Source: Acidimicrobiia bacterium
GTDB lineage: Bacteria; Actinomycetota; Acidimicrobiia; Spongiisociales; ZC4RG35
Assembly: GCA_035250485.1 (NCBI GenBank)
Contig: DATFFB010000041.1
Location: 3,047-67,046, forward strand
Length of the DNA: 64,000 bases
Direction of reading: 5' to 3'
Position 1 is the stretch's first letter; the number at the start of each line of letters is the position of its first letter. The notes under the pieces are model-generated. The model worked only from the letters and a program-made list of their open reading frames with translations. It had not been told where the DNA came from and did no database searches. The translations under genes and the position numbers were made by a program. This document shows, one piece after another, positions 15,627-26,298 of the stretch.

Positions 15627-17936
15627 TTAGGCAGGCTCGAGGGCGAGATCGAGGACCTGGTCGATGGTCTCGACCGGATGGAAGGTCATCTTCTCCCGTA
15701 CCGATTCGGGGATGTCGTCGATATCGATCTCGTTCCGCTGCGGGAAGAGGACCGTCGTCAGCCCCGCCCGGTGAGCGGCCAGCACCTTCTGCTTGAGCCC
15801 GCCGATCGGCAAGACCTTCCCCTGGAGGGTGACCTCACCGGTCATGCCCACTTCCGAGCGAACCTTGCGCCCGGTGAGGAGCGAGGCCACCGCCGTCACC
15901 ATCGTGATCCCGGCGGACGGGCCGTCTTTGGGCACGGCCCCGGCCGGGACGTGGACGTGGAAGCGCCTCTTGAGAGCCTCCGGTTTGACTTCCAGCTCAT
16001 GGGCGTGGGCTTCGACATATGAGAGGGCGATCCGCGCCGACTCCTTCATGACATCGCCCAACTGACCGGTCAGCGTGAGGCCCGGTTCGCCATCGGTGGC
16101 CGTGGCCTCGATGAAGAGCACGTCGCCACCGGTGCCGGTGACAGCCAGGCCAGTGGCCACGCCGGGCACGTCGGTTCGATCTTTGGCTTCGTCATGCCAC
16201 ACCTTGGGCTTGCCCAGGTATTCGACGACGTCGGGGCCGTCGATCTCGATCGTGTCCTTCTCGTCGCTCTCCCGCCTGGCGACTTGGGTCGCCACCTTGC
16301 GAGAGAGTTTGCCGAGCTCCCGTTCGAGGGAACGAACACCGGCCTCCCGGGTGTAGCGATCGACCACCACTCCCAGCGCTTCTTCGGTTACGGCGACCTC
16401 CTCGGGCTCGAGACCGGCCTGGCGGATCTGGCGGGGCAGCAGGTGATCGCGGGCGATGGCGACTTTCTCCTCGTCCGTGTAGCCATCGAGTCGGATGACT
16501 TCGGTCCGATCCAAGAGCGGAGCGGGAATGGTCTCCACCACGTTGGCGGTGGCGATGAAGAGGACGTCCGAAAGGTCGAGATCGACCTCGAGGTAATGGT
16601 CACGGAAGGTGTGGTTCTGGGCGGGATCGAGGACCTCGAGCAAGGCCGAGGACGGATCTCCTCGCCAGTCACTTCCGACCTTGTCCATCTCGTCGAGCAG
16701 GAAGACGGGGTTCATGGTCTCGGCCTCGGTCAGGGCGCGGGCGATCCGACCGGGCCTCGCGCCGACATAAGTACGCCGGTGTCCCCGCACCTCGGCCTCG
16801 TCGCGGATGCCACCGAGGGCGACGCGCACGAACTTCCGTCCCAGGGCGCGGGCGACCGATTCTCCGAGCGAAGTCTTGCCGACCCCTGGAGGGCCGACGA
16901 GCAGCAGGATGGCGCCGGACTGCCGCGAGTTCTCCTCGCTCAGCCCTCGTTCCTGACGCAGCTTGCGAACCGCGAGGTGCTCGACGATCCGCTCCTTGAC
17001 ATCGTGGAGCCCGGTGTGATCGGCATCGAGCACCGTCCAGGCCTCGTTGAGATCAAGCCGATCCTCTGAGCGCTTGCCCCAGGGAATGTCGAACATCGTG
17101 TCGAGCCAGGTCCTGATCCACGAGTGTTCCGGGGACTGTTCGGACATCCGCTCGAGGCGGTCGATCTCTCGCTCGACGGACTCCTTGACCTTCTCGGGCA
17201 TCGCCGTCTCTTCGAGCCGGGCCCGATAGCTGTCGGAGGCTCCCTGTTCCTCGCCCAACTCCTTCTTGATGGCCTCCATCTGCTGGCGCAGCAGGTACTC
17301 GCGCTGACTCTTGTCGATCCGCTCGGCGGCATCGTCGCGCACTCGCCGGCGCAGTTCGAGGTCGGCGAGGACCTCTCTCATCCAGATCAGCAACTTGCCG
17401 AGACGCTCCCTGACATCGAGCGTCTCGAGAATCTCCACCTTCTGCTCGAGGCTGAGGTCGGGTGAGTAGACGGCCAGGTCGGCGAGTTGTGAGGGGTTTT
17501 CGAGACCCAGGATTCTCTCCGCCACCGCTCCCACGCCGCGATGATCGAGTACCTCGGTCACCACCGCTCGGTACTCGGCCACGAGGTCATCGAGGGCTTC
17601 GTCGTGGACATCGACCTCGGGATAGGGCTCGAATTCAACCCAGAGGGCTCCGGCAGTGTCGGAGGAGCCACTGCCCACCCGGGCGCGCCCCACTCCCGAC
17701 ACCACCACGTTTCCTTCTTCGTCGCTTTGCTGGATTTCGGCGATGGTCCCGACCGAGGCGTACTTGCCCGCGACCCGCGGCACCAGAATCAGACGACCAC
17801 CGGCTTGCTCGGATGCGGCCAGGGCAATCTTTCCTTCCGAGGTCTCGATGCGGAGGGTGACCACCATATGGGGAAAGACCACCCCGTTCCGAAGGGGTAG
17901 AACCGGAAGGGTCTGGGTATCGAGGTTTTGGGTCAA
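15627..17936 (-). CDS. lon: ATP-dependent Lon protease
   Basis: 769 aa. LON N-terminal domain, Walker A GPPGVGKTS, and protease domain with PKDGPSAGITM (catalytic Ser). Confidence 0.95.
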   Translation of the reverse strand: MTQNLDTQTLPVLPLRNGVVFPHMVVTLRIETSEGKIALAASEQAGGRLILVPRVAGKYASVGTIAEIQQSDEEGNVVVSGVGRARVGSGSSDTAGALWVEFEPYPEVDVHDEALDDLVAEYRAVVTEVLDHRGVGAVAERILGLENPSQLADLAVYSPDLSLEQKVEILETLDVRERLGKLLIWMREVLADLELRRRVRDDAAERIDKSQREYLLRQQMEAIKKELGEEQGASDSYRARLEETAMPEKVKESVEREIDRLERMSEQSPEHSWIRTWLDTMFDIPWGKRSEDRLDLNEAWTVLDADHTGLHDVKERIVEHLAVRKLRQERGLSEENSRQSGAILLLVGPPGVGKTSLGESVARALGRKFVRVALGGIRDEAEVRGHRRTYVGARPGRIARALTEAETMNPVFLLDEMDKVGSDWRGDPSSALLEVLDPAQNHTFRDHYLEVDLDLSDVLFIATANVVETIPAPLLDRTEVIRLDGYTDEEKVAIARDHLLPRQIRQAGLEPEEVAVTEEALGVVVDRYTREAGVRSLERELGKLSRKVATQVARRESDEKDTIEIDGPDVVEYLGKPKVWHDEAKDRTDVPGVATGLAVTGTGGDVLFIEATATDGEPGLTLTGQLGDVMKESARIALSYVEAHAHELEVKPEALKRRFHVHVPAGAVPKDGPSAGITMVTAVASLLTGRKVRSEVGMTGEVTLQGKVLPIGGLKQKVLAAHRAGLTTVLFPQRNEIDIDDIPESVREKMTFHPVETIDQVLDLALEPA

Positions 17937-18006
17937 AGGGTTCTCCTGGTGAAAGATTGGTAGTGAAAACGCCCCTCACCTGGGCAATATTTCCCGATCC
18001 TGGAAT

Positions 18007-18033
18007 ATGACAATACCTGACTCAAGTTATAAT
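18007..18033 (+). promoter_or_regulatory. putative dnaK promoter (ATGACA-N15-TATAAT) overlapping an ACTCAAG HAIR-like half-site
   Basis: -35-like 18007-18012, -10 TATAAT 18028-18033, CCTGACTCAAG 18016-18026. GAGGAG RBS lies before the ATG at 18066. Confidence 0.4.
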
Positions 18034-18065
18034 CGCTGAACCCACTCAACCTACGAGGAGCAGAT

Positions 18066-19884
<1,819 letters not shown>

Positions 19885-19901
<17 letters not shown>

Positions 19902-20478
19902 TCTCCCCGAGATCACCATCGTCGAGGCAGAGCCGGTAGAGGAAGAGGCCATCGAGGCGGTCACCGCCGAGTCTTTGGGCCTCGACCTCTCCAGCGATCC
20001 GAACGAGGCCATTGACCAACTGGTTGCGGCCCTGGCCGGGTCGCGCAAGGAGGCCGACTCCTATCTCGACGACCTGCGGCGGGTGGCAGCCGATTTCGAC
20101 AATTATCGCAAGCGTGCCCAGCGCGAGATGGGCGGTCTCGTCGATCGCGCCTCCGAGCGAGTGGTCTCGGCGCTGCTGCCAGTGATCGACAGCCTTGATG
20201 CCGCCCTCGCCGTTGAAACCAATTCCGAAACAGAAGAGAAGCTCAAGTCCGGGGTCCGCAGCACTCGCGACCAGCTTCTCGATGTGTTGGCCAAGGAAGG
20301 ACTCGAGCCGATCGAGACCTTCGACATGCCATTCGATCCTTCATTGCACGAGGCCGTCACCGCCAGCGGCGAAGGCAACGGCGAACTCGTCATCACCGAC
20401 GAGTTTCGCCGCGGGTATCGCCTCAAGGGCCGGGTGTTGCGCGCCAGCATGGTGGGGGTAACGCCCCGCAAGGAATGA
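19885..20478 (+). CDS. grpE: nucleotide exchange factor GrpE
   Basis: GrpE core ([12 protein letters not shown]...FDPSLHEAV). The ATG at 19885 gives the shortest overlap with dnaK; the track ORF starts at 19822. Confidence 0.9.
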
Positions 20479-20482
20479 TTCT

Positions 20483-21622
20483 TTGAACCGCGATTGGGTT
20501 GACAAGGACTTCTATCAGATCTTGGGAATCTCCAACTCGGCCACGGCCGAGGAGATCAAGCGCGCCTATCGCAAGCTGGCGCAGAAGTTCCATCCCGACG
20601 CCAACCCGGGAGACAGCGCCGCCGAGGAGAAGTTCAAGCAGATCTCCGAGGCCTACGGGGTGCTATCCGACACCGAGCAGCGCAAGGAGTACGACGAATT
20701 GCGCCGCCTGGTGGAATCGGGTGCCTTCAGGAATTATGGCGGTCAAGGCGGCCGCGGCTTCGGTGGCGGTAGCCAGCGGGTACGGGTTGAAGACCTGAGT
20801 GACATCCTGGGCGGATTCGGAGACATATTCGGATTCGGTGGAGCCCGGGGGAGAGCGGGCCCGCAGAAGGGGCGGGACACCACCGCCGATCTCAACATCT
20901 CTTTTGATGATGCGGTCGACGGGCTCATCACCAATGTCGAACTCCGAGGCGAGGCTCCCTGCAGTCGCTGCGGCGGCTCCGGAGCCGAACCGGGTTCGGC
21001 CATCGACGTCTGCCCGACTTGCGGTGGCGATGGAGTCGTTGCGCAGAATCAAGGCGTCTTTTCATTCAGCCAGCCTTGCCCTCAGTGTGGCGGCAGCGGC
21101 CGACTGATCACCAGTCCCTGCAGTCAGTGCCGGGGACGAGGGACTGAGGTTCGCACTCGCACAATCAAGGTCAGGATTCCGCCGGGGATCAAGGATGGTG
21201 CCACCGTCCGCCTGGCGGGCAAGGGAGCGCCCGGCGCCAACGGCGGACCTCCGGGAGATCTGCTGGTGAAGGTTCATGTCTCGAGCCATCCGCTGTTCAA
21301 GCGCAAAGGCGACGATCTCCATATCACGGTTCCGATCAGCTACACCGAGGCGACACTCGGCACCACCCTCGAGGTGCCAACTCTCAACGGCAAGGTTTCG
21401 ATCAAAGTGCCAGCCGGCACGCCCTCGGGGAAGACATTCCGGGTGAAAGGGCGAGGAGTCAGCGCTGGCCGCCGTCAAACCGGTGACCTCTATGCCAAGG
21501 TCGAAGTAGTCGTGCCCGCCAAGATCTCTCGTGAGGAAAAGCGCCTTCTCGAGGAGCTAGCGGCGATAGACGACGATGACCTCCGTGGTCATCTCCGTAC
21601 GCGCCAAGAAACGGCCTCATGA
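20483..21622 (+). CDS. dnaJ: molecular chaperone DnaJ
   Basis: J domain (HPD), G/F region and four CxxCxGxG zinc motifs. Confidence 0.95.
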   Translation: MNRDWVDKDFYQILGISNSATAEEIKRAYRKLAQKFHPDANPGDSAAEEKFKQISEAYGVLSDTEQRKEYDELRRLVESGAFRNYGGQGGRGFGGGSQRVRVEDLSDILGGFGDIFGFGGARGRAGPQKGRDTTADLNISFDDAVDGLITNVELRGEAPCSRCGGSGAEPGSAIDVCPTCGGDGVVAQNQGVFSFSQPCPQCGGSGRLITSPCSQCRGRGTEVRTRTIKVRIPPGIKDGATVRLAGKGAPGANGGPPGDLLVKVHVSSHPLFKRKGDDLHITVPISYTEATLGTTLEVPTLNGKVSIKVPAGTPSGKTFRVKGRGVSAGRRQTGDLYAKVEVVVPAKISREEKRLLEELAAIDDDDLRGHLRTRQETAS

Positions 21623-22017
21623 AAGACCGCAAGGGCGCAGCCGTATTCGTTATCTCGGTCGCTGCCGAAATGGCGGGGATGCATCCCCAGACTCTTCGCA
21701 TCTACGAGCGCAAGGGATTGGTCGAGCCGTATCGGACCCCCGGTGGAACCCGTCGCTACTCGCAGGCCGACGTCGACCGCCTCGCCCTCATCAACGAGCT
21801 GACAGCACGCGGTCTCAACCTCGAAGGGGTGCGGCAGGTGCTGAGTCTCAGCAATGAAATCGAGAGCCTGCGTGCCGAGGTAGCCCGGCTTTTGGATGAG
21901 ACCGAACGGTTGCGAGCTGAAGCCGACCGCCGGGTCAGGGAAGCTCACAACCTCTATCGCCGCGATCTCGTCCTCCGATCCACGACCGTCCCTCAGGTTC
22001 GTACCAAGAAGAGATAA
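21619..22017 (+). CDS. hspR: heat-shock transcriptional repressor HspR (MerR family)
   Basis: 132 aa with MerR-type HTH ([23 protein letters not shown]). It is the last gene of the dnaK operon, as in other actinobacteria. Confidence 0.85.
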   Translation: MKDRKGAAVFVISVAAEMAGMHPQTLRIYERKGLVEPYRTPGGTRRYSQADVDRLALINELTARGLNLEGVRQVLSLSNEIESLRAEVARLLDETERLRAEADRRVREAHNLYRRDLVLRSTTVPQVRTKKR

Positions 22018-22104
22018 CCGGCGGAGACCCCGCATGGAGCGTTGGAGAATTCTCCCGCCCGCTTCCCGTAAAACATCGGGGCTACCTGATAGAAACGTCC
22101 CTCA

Positions 22105-22371
22105 ATGAACTACTCGGGACCGGTTCGCATCACTCTTGAAGGCGTATTGCTCACAGTGGGGACGGTGGAGGTGGCTGATGATGAGGACGCTGGCACCTGG
22201 ACCGGAACACTGACGGTCCTCGACGACACCGGGGTTGCCGGAAAGGCGCTGGTCGTCGAGTTGGTGATGGGCGATCAAACTGGCAAGGCCCAGCTCATCC
22301 CCGAACGGGTGGAGGGCGAATTCGCTTTCTCCCGAGTGGTAGGTCTCGAACCCGTGACGCCAGCTACCTAA
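22105..22371 (+). CDS. hypothetical small protein
   Basis: 88-aa ORF with high-GC codon usage. No recognisable motif. Confidence 0.4.
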   Translation: MNYSGPVRITLEGVLLTVGTVEVADDEDAGTWTGTLTVLDDTGVAGKALVVELVMGDQTGKAQLIPERVEGEFAFSRVVGLEPVTPAT

Positions 22372-23645
22372 CCAAAACTGCGGGCGAGGCCCAGCATCTC
22401 GCGCGCCTCCTCCGCATAACGGGGGTGGAAGTGCGGGTTGAGATCGAGGGCCGCCTCGAGGTCGGTAATTGCCGACCCATGGTCTCCCAGGGCGAGCCAG
22501 ATGGCGCCAGAATGAAATAGCAATTGCGGGTCGCGGGTTCCGAGCGCCATCGCCCGGTCCATGGCGCGGCGAGCGTCCCCAAAACGCGCCAGGCGATAGA
22601 AAGCCCAGGCCAGGGTGTCGTACCCATAGATATCCCTGCGCTCCTCGAGACCACTTTCAGCCAGCGCCAGCGCCGCTTCGGGGTCGCCATGCTCGGCTTC
22701 GTAGAGGGCGAGGTTGCGGTCATACACGCCAGGCGAAAGTTGGGAAATGACCTCGACGGTGGCGTAGCTGTCGCGGGCCTGCTTGAGCTCACCAATGATG
22801 GAGTAGATGTCTCCAAGGGCGACCATGACTTCCGGGCGGGGGACCATGTCCGCGGCCGACTCGTAGAACCGGACCGCCCGGTCGAAGTCTCCACGGGCGG
22901 CGCTCACCTTTCCCCGTCCCGCAAGCGCGGGCCAATAGCCGGGAAGGAGGTCGAGGGCCGCCCGATAGCGGCGATCGCTTTCCGCCAGCCTGCCAACGGT
23001 GAAGTTGAGGTCGCCGAGGCGGACCTGAAACCAAGCCGCCCCTTCGCCCACGGCTCCCTGCTCGAGCCCGGCCGCAGCGGCCCGTTCGGTTTGACGGATG
23101 GCCCCTTCGAGATCTCCCGCTAATTCGTCCAAGTGGGCCAGCCGGGCGGCGAGCCCGGGCGAGCCACCGGCGAGTCGCGAGTAAGCCTCCCTCGCGCCCT
23201 CATAGTCGCCGGTGGCTACGAGCACGTCACCTACCAGGCCCAATGCCCCCAATCGAGGGTCGAGCTGTTGGGCGCGGCGGGCGGTGGTGAGGGCTTCGTC
23301 GAAGCGATGCTGGCCCGCCAAGACCGAAGCCAGTGTGAGTACCGCTGGTCCGTAACTTGGTTTTTGGGCGAGGGCGTCCCTGACCGCAGTTTCGGCCGCA
23401 GCCAGCTCTTCAACATTTCCCGTCTCGCGGCTGCGCCGGGCGTAGAGCTGTGCGAGCAAAGTGAGATTGATGGCATTTGCATCTCGCTCCACCCGGCTCT
23501 GAAACAGCGCCAGGGCGCCAACGGTGTCGGGCACTGGGCGGTCGCCGGTCGGGTAGGTGCCGGGGAGCCGAGCTGGCAGGAGACCGGGACCAACCAGGGC
23601 CACGACCCCCACCAACGCCCCGACCAGAATGTTTCGCAGATTCAA
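22368..23645 (-). CDS. membrane-anchored tetratricopeptide repeat protein
   Basis: 425 aa. N-terminal TM segment (ILVGALVGVVALVGPGLL) followed by many TPR-like repeats. TTG start with GGAGAG RBS. Confidence 0.75.
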   Translation of the reverse strand: MNLRNILVGALVGVVALVGPGLLPARLPGTYPTGDRPVPDTVGALALFQSRVERDANAINLTLLAQLYARRSRETGNVEELAAAETAVRDALAQKPSYGPAVLTLASVLAGQHRFDEALTTARRAQQLDPRLGALGLVGDVLVATGDYEGAREAYSRLAGGSPGLAARLAHLDELAGDLEGAIRQTERAAAAGLEQGAVGEGAAWFQVRLGDLNFTVGRLAESDRRYRAALDLLPGYWPALAGRGKVSAARGDFDRAVRFYESAADMVPRPEVMVALGDIYSIIGELKQARDSYATVEVISQLSPGVYDRNLALYEAEHGDPEAALALAESGLEERRDIYGYDTLAWAFYRLARFGDARRAMDRAMALGTRDPQLLFHSGAIWLALGDHGSAITDLEAALDLNPHFHPRYAEEAREMLGLARSFG

Positions 23646-23658
23646 GATGCTCTCCTGT

Positions 23659-23686
23659 GATAGAGCGGCTCGAGAGCCGCTCTATC
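23659..23686 (-). promoter_or_regulatory. perfect 28-bp palindrome (13-bp arms) in the 53-nt gap between the DUF4331 gene and the TPR gene
   Basis: gatagagcggctc-ga-gagccgctctatc, read directly. On the mRNA it would form a hairpin of about 12 bp between the upstream stop and the downstream RBS. Confidence 0.65.
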
Positions 23687-23698
23687 AATTCCGGGCTG

Positions 23699-24724
23699 TC
23701 AGTTCTTCGGGGCCAAGTAGGGGAAGGTTCCGCTGAACGCGGAGTCGTTGCTCACACAGTCGGTGGTCACGGCCCCGTTCGTCACGATGCCGAGCTCGGT
23801 GTCGATGACGTCGTCGGCCAACCTCCGACCGTTGAGGAATCCCGCGCTCGACCCGAAATCCACGGTCAGCACATCGGGCAGAAGAATGTCGGTGAGGGCC
23901 CCGACAGTCGGGTTTCCAGCTCCGTAAAAGATCTCGAGCGTGTCGACAACTTCGCTGCGGAAATCACGCTGATCGTGCTGCGGCTTCCCGGCGTTGAACG
24001 CATTCCTCTGCGACGGCTCTGAGCCAGCTGGCTCGAAGATGTTGTTGGGGATGAATACGGTGTTGATCGCTGGTCTCCCCATGCGGTCGATCTGCTGATC
24101 GCCGAGGATGGTCCGAGCCCACACCCCGACCGTTCCCGATAGCTCCGACCGCGGAAACTCGAAGACGATCGCCTGCGTGTTGAGCCCGGCAAAGAAGTTG
24201 CTTGCAGATGAGCAGTCGAAATCGGCTGCCAGGAAGCTGACCAGATCGAAAAAGAACGGATCGTCAAAGGTCCCGGCCGTGACCTTCACTTGACCATCGA
24301 GGTCAAACGTTTGACCCGTCACACCCCTGATGTTTGGCCCCGTGCCTTTGACTTTGAGCCGATATGCCTGCTGACCGCTGGGGTCGGCAGGATCGAAATT
24401 GATCCGGGCCCAGTTGTCGGGTTTGGCATCGCCGTCGTTGTCGGCCAAGAACTCATAGGTGGCATCGGGGTGAAACCCGAGCTGTCCGGTTAGTGCTCCG
24501 GCCGCGGGATTGGTGGTCATGATCAGGACTGCGTGGCCGGGATCGGCCGGCGACTGAAAGGCGTAGACATCGTTGATGTCCAACCGGGAGTCTCCGCCCG
24601 GAGGCGTCAACCCGGGGGCGTCGAGGTGATCGGCCGCCAACAAGCTCGCCGGGCCGGCTGCCAGCCCCACCGCCAATGCCGCGATGACCGCCAGGATCGG
24701 CAACCTTCTGAAAAGCTCGCGCAT
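23699..24724 (-). CDS. secreted DUF4331 domain protein
   Basis: 341 aa. Signal peptide, then ADHLDAPG...DINDVYAF...FDDPFFFD...GRRLADDVID, the conserved blocks I associate with DUF4331. Confidence 0.75.
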   Translation of the reverse strand: MRELFRRLPILAVIAALAVGLAAGPASLLAADHLDAPGLTPPGGDSRLDINDVYAFQSPADPGHAVLIMTTNPAAGALTGQLGFHPDATYEFLADNDGDAKPDNWARINFDPADPSGQQAYRLKVKGTGPNIRGVTGQTFDLDGQVKVTAGTFDDPFFFDLVSFLAADFDCSSASNFFAGLNTQAIVFEFPRSELSGTVGVWARTILGDQQIDRMGRPAINTVFIPNNIFEPAGSEPSQRNAFNAGKPQHDQRDFRSEVVDTLEIFYGAGNPTVGALTDILLPDVLTVDFGSSAGFLNGRRLADDVIDTELGIVTNGAVTTDCVSNDSAFSGTFPYLAPKN

Positions 24725-24741
24725 GTTCTCCTTCTCCTTCT

Positions 24742-24756
24742 GTCGAACGCTTCGAC
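24742..24756. promoter_or_regulatory. 15-bp palindrome GTCGAAcgcTTCGAC in the divergent DUF4331/NicO promoter region
   Basis: Read directly; 6-bp arms. Function unknown. Confidence 0.3.
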
Positions 24757-24840
24757 AACGGTTTCGGAGTCCGGCTCACCGCGGATTGCTCACTTTTCAA
24801 ATCACCAATCCTTTGCCATCCCGAGAACGAACCCTTATCG

Positions 24841-26298
24841 ATGGACCGGCTGTCAGGGGATCGAGGACTTGGTAGGGGCCGTGCGCGCCGCCAGTCGCCT
24901 CGTCGTGCCGGGGCCAAGCTTCTCATCCTGACCGCGGTCGCGCTGGTGCTGATGACGGGTACCGCCTTTGCCCATCCGTTGGGCAACTTCACCACCAACG
25001 TCCACCTCGGTCTCTTTTTCAGTCCGGGCTGGCTGGAGCTCTCCCTCGTGGTCGACATGGCAGAGATTCCAGCGTTCCGGGAAAAGCGAAATATCGACCA
25101 GGACAGTGACGGCATTGTCGGCGCTCGCGAACGAGATAAGTACGCCGCCGCCGCATGCACCGGCTTTCGGCCCCAGATCGTTCTCCGGCTGGAAACCGCA
25201 CCGCTCGTTCTTGAGAGCCGTAGCGCCATTTTGAATTTTCCGCCCGGGCAAGGCGGCCTCGACACGCTGCGCATCGAGTGCCGCTTCGCCGCCGCTCTCT
25301 CCGACCACCGCGGCGAGTTGCAGGTGGAGAATCAGGTCTATGCCGATCGCTTGGGGTGGTCGGAGATCGTCGCCTCGAGTCGAGGGTTGGCAATCGAAAC
25401 GACTCTGCCAACGGCCAGTCCCTCCGAGATCCTGACCATCTATCCGGCTGGACCCGCCCGGGCGGAACGAGCGGGATCGATCCTTGTCGGAGCCGGTGAG
25501 GGAGGGACACTTTCGACTCCCACCGCCACCACCCCGGCCTTGGTTGAGCGAATCGGCCGCGGGGTGGCAGGGGGCTCCAGCGCTCTGGCGTTGCTGGCCG
25601 CCCTGGCCCTCGGGGCCGGACATGCCCTCGCACCGGGCCACGGCAAGACCCTGATCGCGGCCTATCTGGTGGGTCGCCGCGGGGGGCCGCGCACCGCGGT
25701 CGGGTTGGGGTTGAGCGTGGCGCTTTCGCACACACTCGGGGTCGGCCTTTTGGGGCTGGTGACCGCTCTCACCACTTCGGCGTTCCAGCCTGAGTCGGTT
25801 TATCCCTGGCTGTCTTTGATCTCGGCCTTGATCGTGACCTCGATCGGATCCGTGATGCTGGTCCGGGCGGCCCGGCGGGATCGGGAACATCACCATCCCC
25901 ACGGTCATGACCACCCTCACGAGCACGATCATGACCACGACCACGAGGGAGATCACCTTGCGCACGGCTCCGCCGGTTGGCGCTCGCTAGCTGCCCTCGG
26001 CTTGGCGGGAGGGCTGGTGCCCTCGGCCTCGGCGGTGGTGCTTCTGCTGGGAGCGGTCGCTCAGGGAGAGGCCTGGTGGGGGCTGGCACTGGTGGCCGGA
26101 TTCGGCTTGGGGATGTCGGTCAGCCTGATCGGAGCCGGCCTGCTCGCCGTGGGTGCTCAGAGGTGGGGTTGGACCAGAATGAGTTCCGGCCGCTGGCGAC
26201 AGACGTGGCAGCTGCGAGTCCCCCAGTTCGGCGGATTGGCCGTCACGCTGATCGGTGTCTGGCTGGTCTTCGATGCCGCTCGGCGATTCGTCGCCTAA
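24841..26298 (+). CDS. NicO/RcnA-type nickel/cobalt permease with a large N-terminal extracytoplasmic domain
   Basis: Signal/anchor, then AHPLGNFTTN and a domain of about 190 aa. This is followed by the NicO signature GAGHALAPGHGKTLIAAYLVG, a His-rich loop (REHHHPHGHDHPHEHDHDHDHEGDH) and further TM segments. Confidence 0.75.
   Translation: MDRLSGDRGLGRGRARRQSPRRAGAKLLILTAVALVLMTGTAFAHPLGNFTTNVHLGLFFSPGWLELSLVVDMAEIPAFREKRNIDQDSDGIVGARERDKYAAAACTGFRPQIVLRLETAPLVLESRSAILNFPPGQGGLDTLRIECRFAAALSDHRGELQVENQVYADRLGWSEIVASSRGLAIETTLPTASPSEILTIYPAGPARAERAGSILVGAGEGGTLSTPTATTPALVERIGRGVAGGSSALALLAALALGAGHALAPGHGKTLIAAYLVGRRGGPRTAVGLGLSVALSHTLGVGLLGLVTALTTSAFQPESVYPWLSLISALIVTSIGSVMLVRAARRDREHHHPHGHDHPHEHDHDHDHEGDHLAHGSAGWRSLAALGLAGGLVPSASAVVLLLGAVAQGEAWWGLALVAGFGLGMSVSLIGAGLLAVGAQRWGWTRMSSGRWRQTWQLRVPQFGGLAVTLIGVWLVFDAARRFVA

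Noticed and set aside
17937-18065. Canonical HAIR (CTTGAGT-N7-ACTCAAG) or CIRCE element in the lon/dnaK region
   Set aside because: Only the ACTCAAG half is present, and the expected left half matches 3 of 7. It is therefore reported only as a low-confidence variant motif.
24853-25965. 370-aa minus-strand ORF opposite the NicO-like permease
   Set aside because: It is antisense to a gene with clear NicO signature motifs. The translation is Arg/Gly/Pro-rich and lacks features.
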